A stretch of 64,000 nucleotides of DNA, taken from the IMG/VR virus record IMGVR_UViG_2540341129_000004; one strand, 5' to 3'. The position numbers and the translations under genes are program-made. Origin of the DNA: an uncultured virus (IMG/VR IMGVR_UViG_2540341129_000004). Lineage: Duplodnaviria; Heunggongvirae; Uroviricota; Caudoviricetes. Each line of letters starts with the position of its first letter. Positions within the stretch are counted from its first letter, which is position 1. The notes below the pieces were generated by a model. It searched no databases and had not been told where the DNA came from. It saw only the letters and a program-made list of their open reading frames with translations. This document shows, piece after piece, positions 36,027-43,955 of this stretch.

Positions 36027-37841
36027 TTAAGAAATTTGCGGTTGTTTAAACAGGAACATTTTATTCATATCAATTTTGGGATGCTCTTTTTTTGTTATGT
36101 TTTCACGTCTTAGTTGCTTTAAGTACCAAGCAAGCATTGCAATTGTATATGCACGGTCGTCGTGAACTTTACTTTTCTTATCAGGAGGCAAGTCATACCT
36201 TACTTTGCTACTACTCCCAGAAGAAAATTTATAGATGCTGACAAGCTCTTCTTTTGCTAAATCAATATTTGTTAAAGACAAAATTTCTTCATCGGTTAGC
36301 TTGTACTTTTTTCCTTCACCGTTATCAGTAGGTAAAGTGATTTCTCCCTTATAATCATAGGTTTCAGTAAAAGATATTAAGTTTAAATCCATCATCTCAA
36401 TTAAAGATTCAAACATGTCGCTTTTTAGTTTTTGAGGTGAGAGGAGGGAGAGTTTGTCACTGGCGTTTGGATACTTGGAAATGTAAGATTTGTACTCTTC
36501 GTGTTGTTTATCAATAAGACCCCTGTGTTTAACACCCTTAGTATCTGTCCAGTCCTCCAGTAAACCATCTGCCCAGGCATTCATACCGCCGCCGCCAGCA
36601 CCGGCATCTAAGAGAATTCTTTCGATATTTTCATAATCAGCTGCCTTTGTTCCATTGTAATTTAGAAGCATCCTTTTAAAATCCTTAACTTGATCAGGAG
36701 TCTTAATTGGGGTTTTCTTTTTCTTTTCTAGATCAGTCCAAGAAACATTATTAGAAATTTCAAGCCGGTAGCCTACATTCTCATCATTAATTAGCTCTGC
36801 AACTGTGCATACTGAGTTGTCATGATTTCTTGCAGGGTCGATGGCCATTAAAAATTTTCTGGAGCCATCATTAGCAAGAACAGGGGGGCGCGTTACAGAA
36901 TTTCTGATAATCATTGCACGTTTGATGATTTGATTGTCTGATCCCTCGGTGGTGAATATGTTCTTATATTCACGCATAGCTTTTTCTTTGTTATCTCTCA
37001 TTGCTGCATCCACAGTTTCTTGGGATAGCAAAGACACAGGGTACAGTTTTCCATTAAAGGTGGCATTTATAACAATGTCTGAACTGATATCTGCGACAAA
37101 ATATCTTTTGTCTCCTAAGAACATCTTTTTAGCAAAATCGCTATATTTTCGATAGAAGTAGGTATCTGTTGAAGAGGCTGACGAGGCATAAATCAGTTGG
37201 TTGGGCATTTGTTTAGGAAATAGAGTGACATCAACATCTCCACCTAGTCTAAAATCACTGTTCTGAACAGCAAACGGTTCAGAAGTCGTAAAAAGCTCAT
37301 CAGGAGCAAAACCACTTTCATCATAGAAATTTAGATTAGAACGCTTCGAGCGGTTGTTGTCAAAGGATCCGTTTAATGAATTTACAATACTTCCGTTATA
37401 AAGTTTGTATTGAAATGATGCGGGGTTGTGTGTGAAGCCATCAGTGTTTGCTGCACTCTTAACGGTTTCGTTATAAAAAATGTCTGTAAGGCCGGTAAAG
37501 GACGCAATCTCTCTTTTCGCTATTTTTTCAATTTTTAAGAACATCTCTTGCGATTGTGAACCAACACCAGCCAAGATATACGCTTGGAAATTGGGGATCA
37601 GGAGACTTTTGGCCATAATAAAAGGGCTTCCCAGTGTTGTTTTTCCTGAGTTTCGCCCCATGCACCAAAGAACATATTGCTTGTACCAACTTTCAGTAAA
37701 AGCGTACTTTTGATAATCTAAAAGTTCCATGCCGAAGAATCTTTCTACAAATTTGACCGGGTTTTTTCGCCCCCACTGAATGACTTCGGCAAGCTTAATA
37801 AATCCATCTATTTTCCGTTGAGACATATTAGCTTTAGTCAT
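36027..37841 (-). CDS. yonF: Terminase large subunit
   Basis: Walker A GRNSGKT, Walker B FYDE, nuclease IDPA and HDDR motifs. Confidence 0.9.
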   Translation of the reverse strand: MTKANMSQRKIDGFIKLAEVIQWGRKNPVKFVERFFGMELLDYQKYAFTESWYKQYVLWCMGRNSGKTTLGSPFIMAKSLLIPNFQAYILAGVGSQSQEMFLKIEKIAKREIASFTGLTDIFYNETVKSAANTDGFTHNPASFQYKLYNGSIVNSLNGSFDNNRSKRSNLNFYDESGFAPDELFTTSEPFAVQNSDFRLGGDVDVTLFPKQMPNQLIYASSASSTDTYFYRKYSDFAKKMFLGDKRYFVADISSDIVINATFNGKLYPVSLLSQETVDAAMRDNKEKAMREYKNIFTTEGSDNQIIKRAMIIRNSVTRPPVLANDGSRKFLMAIDPARNHDNSVCTVAELINDENVGYRLEISNNVSWTDLEKKKKTPIKTPDQVKDFKRMLLNYNGTKAADYENIERILLDAGAGGGGMNAWADGLLEDWTDTKGVKHRGLIDKQHEEYKSYISKYPNASDKLSLLSPQKLKSDMFESLIEMMDLNLISFTETYDYKGEITLPTDNGEGKKYKLTDEEILSLTNIDLAKEELVSIYKFSSGSSSKVRYDLPPDKKSKVHDDRAYTIAMLAWYLKQLRRENITKKEHPKIDMNKMFLFKQPQIS

Positions 37842-38883
37842 TTGTCAAAGTTCCTTCTGTTTTTCTCAGGCTAAATAATTCTTTCTTAAGCTTCCGGTTT
37901 TCTTCTTCAAGAGTAATTGTTCTTGCATCTAAGCTCTGAATAATTTCTCTTTGTTCCATAATCATTGAAGTATAATCATTCTCGTCGAATTGCAATTGAT
38001 CCATAATACTTTTATTGCTTAAATCAGCTACTTGTCTTATCCCTTGTGCTGTTTCAATATCAAATTGATTAACTTCTCCTTCTTCAAAGCCTTTCTCCTG
38101 AAGTGTTTTAATAATTCCAGAAAGAGTCCCGGCACCTTTGCTTTTATTGTTGTTATGGTTTACCGAGATACCATTGTCTTTAGCTAAAGCCAGCATGGAT
38201 TTGAGAATCTTTTCTTTGGAGTCAATTAAGGATTTAATGCCGCCTGCCTGATTAGACATATTAGCTACGTCACTTGTAATTGTCGCAATTGCTCGGTTTA
38301 TTTTATCAATTTGATTAAATCCTTTTACAATTTCAATTACAGCGGGTAGTTTGAAATTGTCCTCTAATGTTCCTTCGTCAAGGAAGTTGACTAGGTTATT
38401 GTAAAGAAGACGTTTATCACTCTCAATTTCTCCTTCGAACGGATCATATCACAACATCCTTAATACATCTTTTTTATTGGTATCATCTAACTGAATGCCA
38501 TCATCTTTAGATGGATGATCTGCGTTTATTTCTTGCTGTGTTTTCGTGCCATCTTCGTCGAACTCACTGTCTTGCCATGTTTTCATGCGGTTATGTCTTA
38601 GACCTAAATTCTTCATGTAAATTGAAAATAAATGCCTATTTCTATTTGCTGCTTCTTCAATTGAAGAAATCCAGGTAGTGTGTAAGTATGGTTTATCAAG
38701 CATTCGTAAGAGATTTTGTATATGGATAGGACTTTCTATGTCTGAGTCAGCAATTTTTAATAAGCATTGTTTACAGACGTGTAGCTTACCTGTTGCAGCG
38801 TGAAAAGGGGAGGCAGAGGCGTAATATTGCCCTGCGTCTCTTTCTTTTCCACAACAGGAGCAAACAATTTTTTCAATATTCAT
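37834..38883 (-). pseudogene. YonG-position protein (Zn-finger N-terminus; possible terminase small subunit) interrupted by an in-frame TGA at 38449-38451
   Basis: ORFs 38449-38883 and 37834-38259 share a frame and are joined by 63 open codons (RML*YDPFEGE...). Confidence 0.75.
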
Positions 38884-38983
38884 CTACTCACCTCCGTTAA
38901 TTTCTAAAAACACGTTTTATAAAACGCCCAGCAATAGAGCGGAAGGGGGTACCGCAATCATCCTGGGCGTTCTAAAAAGGTGT

Positions 38984-39508
38984 TTAAACTAAAGAAGAGA
39001 GGACTTCATCATGATGAAATCCTCCTTTGATCTCAATTCCTAATTTTTTAATTGTTTTGAGTTGATCTTTAGTAACAGTACTGTCGATATAAACGCCATT
39101 CGGAAAATGGTTACCTTCTAAATAATTGACTGAGATAATAGTACAACTAATTCCTTTTTCTTTGGCTAAGTCTTTGTAAACCTTTTGATGAGCACCTACA
39201 AGTAAAGGAATATTATTCTCTTGTGATAGCCTAAGAAGAAGAGTTGTTTTACCTTTACCTCTCTGAGAACCATTTACCAGCAGTATTTTGGGTGCATTTT
39301 TATGAAATTTTTCTTGTAGTGATTTATCCACGTCATTAAAAACAACTTTCATTCGCTTGGATGGAGGTTGGATTTTCTCTCCAAAAATAGTTAAATGAAT
39401 AGCTTCTAATACACGCTTAATCTCAGAATCACATCTGTATCCAGACTGTTTTAACTCTGAGAGGGTTTCTAAATGTTTATTTAAGTATTTAAAATCTTCA
39501 TTCGTCAT
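38984..39508 (-). CDS. P-loop-containing phage protein (YonH position)
   Basis: [11 protein letters not shown]alker-A-like motif. Confidence 0.65.
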   Translation of the reverse strand: MTNEDFKYLNKHLETLSELKQSGYRCDSEIKRVLEAIHLTIFGEKIQPPSKRMKVVFNDVDKSLQEKFHKNAPKILLVNGSQRGKGKTTLLLRLSQENNIPLLVGAHQKVYKDLAKEKGISCTIISVNYLEGNHFPNGVYIDSTVTKDQLKTIKKLGIEIKGGFHHDEVLSSLV

Positions 39509-39539
39509 TTTTCGTCTTCATCCTCAATCGTTTTTTGTA

Positions 39540-39869
39540 TTACTTTAATAAACTTTCAATAGCTCCTAGGCTCACAACTGTCTCATAAGGTGAATAGTGT
39601 TTTGCTGCCACACTCATGTTTCTTAAATCATCTATGGCAATTCTTTTATTTATAAAAGCTTCTCTATGAGTCTCAATAACATATTTAGGATCAGCAAATG
39701 GCTTACTTACAGTATTACAAGTCACTTCTTCATAAACAGCAGGAGTTGAATCCAACAGATACTTATAATCACACAGCTCTTTCATTAATTGTTCTTTGTT
39801 AATATTTCCTGTTCCATCTTCAATGATTTCCTTCCAGAAAGACTCGTAAACATCTTTGTAATCAGTCAC
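39540..39869 (-). CDS. Hypothetical phage protein
   Basis: GTG start with RBS. Confidence 0.6.
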   Translation of the reverse strand: MTDYKDVYESFWKEIIEDGTGNINKEQLMKELCDYKYLLDSTPAVYEEVTCNTVSKPFADPKYVIETHREAFINKRIAIDDLRNMSVAAKHYSPYETVVSLGAIESLLK

Positions 39870-39905
39870 TTACACTGCCCCAATCCGAATAAAATTAAAG
39901 TTTTA

Positions 39906-40361
39906 TCAATAGTGAATTTTAAAGAATTCGTTATCTTGTGGGTTTACTTTAAAAATCAAATCTAAACCTGAAACTTCTCCACTAACACCTTTAAGTTCTG
40001 CTCTAGAAATAATTTCGACATTGTTAAATTCTAAAGTAACCTTGTGTGACTTTGTTGTCTCAATATGGCGACCAATTGTTTCAGCTAATAGTTTGAATTC
40101 AGAGCGAGGAGTTTCTTTTAAAACTGAAATATATTGTTTCTTCCCTAACTTTGATTCAAAGGAGGTAGGAGCTTTATATTTACCTAAAAATTTAAGCACA
40201 TCAAAGTTTAGCAGAGCATTCTTTGCAAAAATCAAATACGTTTCATGTTCATCGCTATAAAAGATTTCAACATCTTGAAGAGTTGTTAAATCAATTAAAG
40301 ACTCTTCAGTTTTTTTATCATACAAATGAAGGTTATACACTTCGTGCATTGCTAAGTCCAC
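39906..40361 (-). CDS. Hypothetical phage protein (YonI position)
   Basis: GGAGG RBS before GTG 40361. Confidence 0.6.
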   Translation of the reverse strand: MDLAMHEVYNLHLYDKKTEESLIDLTTLQDVEIFYSDEHETYLIFAKNALLNFDVLKFLGKYKAPTSFESKLGKKQYISVLKETPRSEFKLLAETIGRHIETTKSHKVTLEFNNVEIISRAELKGVSGEVSGLDLIFKVNPQDNEFFKIHY

Positions 40362-41574
40362 GTATATTTCCTCCCTGATTATCATTTTTAAAGCGAATTA
40401 TGTATGTAGCCTCAATACCTGCATCATCAAAAACCATAAATTTCTGAGAAGGTTTTGTGCCGAACCGACCTTGCATAGCATAATCATCCGCACCGACAAG
40501 CGCTCCGTTTACTACAACTGTTGTGCTGCCGTACTCTTTTTCATAATTGTAATGAATATGACCGCCGAATATGTAAGAAGGGATGTAGCCAAGCAATTGG
40601 GGTAATCGTGTTACACACTGATCAACACGATCATAGTGTCCGTGTACAAACACGACTTCCTGATTGTTGATTTTAGCGGGGATGAAACCGTCTTGCTCAG
40701 GTTCAATGGAGATGTTCTTTATGTTCTTTAATCTAGCTTCGAGGTACCAATTAATGAGGTATTCAAAGTTTTCCTTAATCCCTACATCATTTTTAGAAGG
40801 GGAGAGGCGACCGTGATTACCTGCCACGTTGTAGAACTTAACCTCTTGAAACTCACTTGCCAACATAGCTAGCACTTCTGCAAGCGTTTCTGATACATAT
40901 TTAATTTGTTCTACAGCATCTTCATTGGCCTGAACTCTTGTAGACACATGAATAAGACCTCCGATTAAATCACCGAGATTTGCTACGTGCAGTGTGGAAA
41001 CATGATTCTGAATACCATACTCAATCACTTTGTTGGTTAGATGTTCTACACGCTCATTGAAGATTTCTTTGTTGAATTTATTAATGCGGTTATCGATTTC
41101 CATTCCGAAGTGCCAATCACTGAATAGAGCAAGTCCATGTTTTTCAGCAATAGCGGGGGATGGGAAGGTGAAGCGAAGGGGTCTTTTTGACTCTAGAGAT
41201 GCAATAGCTTGAACAACATCATCTTTAATTTGTTCAAACCGTGCTTGATTGGCAATGAATTTCCGGAATTCTCTTTTTTGATCTCGTGCTTTGATTGTTT
41301 GTTTTTCGGATTCAATGCGAATTTCTTCATGTTTTTGTTGAACTTCTTTGTTCATATTCTTTGAGATAAAGTAATCGTGCCAGCGCTCAAATTGTTTAAA
41401 GTCTTTACGCCATTTGCTTTCATCATAGTTGGTTCCCTGATCTTTATTTAATAGTGTAGCAATTGTTTTTGTGTCAATGTGATAAGTATCTTTGTTTTTG
41501 AAAAGTCTAATATGATAATCAGTAAATGATTCGTCTTTTTCTCGCTGTAAAACAGTATCTAAAATAGCTGTCAT
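40333..41574 (-). CDS. Calcineurin-like metallophosphoesterase (YonJ position)
   Basis: SDWH, LGDLI, GNHG, HGH, GHIH motifs. Confidence 0.82.
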   Translation of the reverse strand: MTAILDTVLQREKDESFTDYHIRLFKNKDTYHIDTKTIATLLNKDQGTNYDESKWRKDFKQFERWHDYFISKNMNKEVQQKHEEIRIESEKQTIKARDQKREFRKFIANQARFEQIKDDVVQAIASLESKRPLRFTFPSPAIAEKHGLALFSDWHFGMEIDNRINKFNKEIFNERVEHLTNKVIEYGIQNHVSTLHVANLGDLIGGLIHVSTRVQANEDAVEQIKYVSETLAEVLAMLASEFQEVKFYNVAGNHGRLSPSKNDVGIKENFEYLINWYLEARLKNIKNISIEPEQDGFIPAKINNQEVVFVHGHYDRVDQCVTRLPQLLGYIPSYIFGGHIHYNYEKEYGSTTVVVNGALVGADDYAMQGRFGTKPSQKFMVFDDAGIEATYIIRFKNDNQGGNIRGLSNARSV

Positions 41575-41585
41575 TCAGTCACCAC

Positions 41586-41771
41586 CTACTCATTGATTTG
41601 TGGAAGTTCGTCTTCTTCGGTAATAGAAATCTTCACTTTCCGACCGTCAAATGATTTTAAAATTGAATTCAGATCATAACGCTCGATGTCCGTTTTTGTT
41701 TCTTCTTCAATAATCCCATCAATGTAAGTATAGTTACCTTTTAAATTTACTGTATGAACTTTCTTAGCCAA
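41586..41771 (-). CDS. yonK: YonK-family small protein
   Basis: AKKVHTVNLKG...YDL..IL..F.G..V.I.I.EE.ELP pattern; TTG start with GGAGG. Confidence 0.8.
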   Translation of the reverse strand: MAKKVHTVNLKGNYTYIDGIIEEETKTDIERYDLNSILKSFDGRKVKISITEEDELPQINE

Positions 41772-41799
41772 ATTAAATTCCTCCAATATGTGTTTTATT

Positions 41800-43410
41800 T
41801 TCGTTCAATAAGCTCCTTCGGAAGCCCGATGATCCGAAGCATCGGTAACGTCCGAAAAGGGGATATAAAGGAGATGAAAAGATAAGTCGGATAGGCGTTG
41901 GGGAAACGCCCGAAGGAGATTATTGATAACTTGCGTACCGGAAGGCTCTTAAGCACATTCCGGCTGATCGGTAAAGTAAAACGCAAGCACAAAAAGACCT
42001 TCTAACGATTTAGATGGCCTTGTTCTGATTACATTCTAACCCCGTTTCACCTACGTCAGTAGCTCACGTAGGGACGCAAGCCTTCAGATCGACAGGGAAT
42101 ACGCTGATTACGGGTTCAGCGACTGAAACCTTTGTAGTCGACAAACTATAAGTAAGGCGAAAATAACAAAAGACGCCAAATAACGTCTTCAGAAACTCCT
42201 TGTACTTCATGGTACATGAGCATAAAAGGCTGGTTATCGCTGTGCGAAATCCAGCTGGCTCCTTCTACACCTGGCAGATGAGCTATGACAACAAATAATA
42301 CACACTTTCTGGAATGTGTTTAAAGTTCCTATTGCCAACATCTTATATATCAAGTTTTTATGTTGCTTGCCAACTGCTCAGCAGAGTCTGAGAGCCAAGG
42401 AAAAAATTTGAGAAGGGAAGACCCTAATAAGCCTTCTCAATGGCATTTTTAATGCTCTTGTCAGGTTACACGCCTTATTGAGAAACAAAGCGTCTCAAAC
42501 GCTCGCCGTTTATTTTGCACAGTTTTCTCTGACCCGTGTAAGGAGGTATGTGCATGGGAAAGTTTAGGCTCCATTCAGAACATTGAAGGAGATAAGTGAA
42601 ATAAAGTGAACGTGTTGCTAAATGAAATTGAAAAGGCAAGACCGAAAATAACCCTTTTCTGTGAAATGCGAGCGGTGATCAAGCGCCCAAAAACCATCCC
42701 ACTTATTTTACGAGGGTATGTGATTACAAAGCCTCGCTAACCCGGAAAAATTTTTGATGACCCATAATAAGCATCAAAGCTTACAAGGGCAGTATTTAAA
42801 GGGAAGGGAGACGCATCTACCTTACCTAAGTGCAAGCCGAAACAATACACCGCAATTAATATTCAGGTTATATGCCACCCATAATAAGACCCTGATGGGA
42901 TTCAGTCGCAATTTGCATTAATGCGTCAAGTCTTATCGGCATATTTAGCCCGATAATAGCCATTTACCTGTCTCTTTAAGATACAGACATCCGAGTTAAC
43001 CTCGAACCCTCATAAATGACCATTATCCGACTAACTACAATGACCAGTTGTAGCTGTAAAGTCGAATTTAATGCTTTTGTTCGTATGAAAATAGCATAGA
43101 CATGTTTAGAAAAGGCTTCATCCACGATGGGGCAATACCCCGCTAATATCCACTTATCCGAAACCCTGGCATTCCAAGTCCTCAAACAAATGAATATTAG
43201 CGGAGAACTGATATCCCACATATCAGTAAACAGCTTATTATTGACGACACCCCCCATGCCATCAATAAAAGAACTCTAATTGATTAACCTGGAGATGAAC
43301 ACATGCGAAAAGAGGGGAGGGCGACAATTTCCTCCATAACATCTAACTCTGCCACTTTTAGGAGCATAAGCTCTATGTGACAAAGCGTGCAGGAAGCCTT
43401 TCCTGTCGTC
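41800..43410 (-). ncRNA. Candidate very large structured non-coding RNA (or RNA cluster); ends not defined
   Basis: No credible ORF; dense nested inverted repeats; G.U pairs and a cUUCGg loop form on the minus strand. Confidence 0.6.
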
Positions 43411-43424
43411 CTCATTAATTTTTA

Positions 43425-43700
43425 TTAAGCTTTCACTGCGTCTTTTAGAGATTTAGCAGCCTTGAAGGCAGGTGCCTTTGTAGCTGGAATATCAATTTCT
43501 TCGCCCGATTTTGGATTTCTCCCTTTACGAGCTGCACGTTCACGAACTTCAAACGTTCCAACTCCAGGAATCTTGATTGATTCACCTTTTGTAAGTGTTT
43601 CAACGATCACATTAAATACTGCTTCTACTTTAGGTGCAGCTTCTTTCTTAGTAACTCCTAATTTTTCTGCAACTTCTCCAATAAATTCTGTTTTGTTCAT
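43425..43700 (-). CDS. yonN: HU-family DNA-binding protein
   Basis: MNKTE..., GTFEVRERAARKGRNP..GEEIDIPA...PAFKA. Confidence 0.95.
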   Translation of the reverse strand: MNKTEFIGEVAEKLGVTKKEAAPKVEAVFNVIVETLTKGESIKIPGVGTFEVRERAARKGRNPKSGEEIDIPATKAPAFKAAKSLKDAVKA

Positions 43701-43955
43701 TTTTAATTCCTCCTAGTGGTTTTGTATATTTTTGTGTTAAAGTATAATTACGGTAACGTTTGCGCTTCTTTTGAAAAATGGGAGACGTACTCACCCTTAT
43801 ATGTGGAAATTAGCTTTCTTTCTCCCTTATGACGATTATCTCAAAAGGGGCTTTCAGACCAGTCATATCAGGGGTTCAAGGCACTTTTTTTGTTAAACTT
43901 TTTCCGGCAAAATCGCTGTACCCCTTGGGGGAGTAAGGCTCAAGACACTTTCTAT

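Noticed and set aside
38449..38451. Selenocysteine recoding of the in-frame TGA
   Set aside because: Context suggests Gly (LGYDP), no clear SECIS hairpin follows, and the B. subtilis group is not known to use selenocysteine.
41805..41926. Cloverleaf-like fold as a tRNA
   Set aside because: Too long, with no T-loop or D-loop consensus and no CCA end.
41795..41992. 65-aa minus-strand ORF (and the 93-aa ORF at 42976-43257)
   Set aside because: No convincing RBS, atypical composition, and both lie within nested RNA stems; better explained as chance ORFs in structured non-coding sequence.
41800..43410. CRISPR array or group II intron
   Set aside because: No regularly spaced direct repeats, no cas or reverse-transcriptase gene, and no interrupted host ORF seen.
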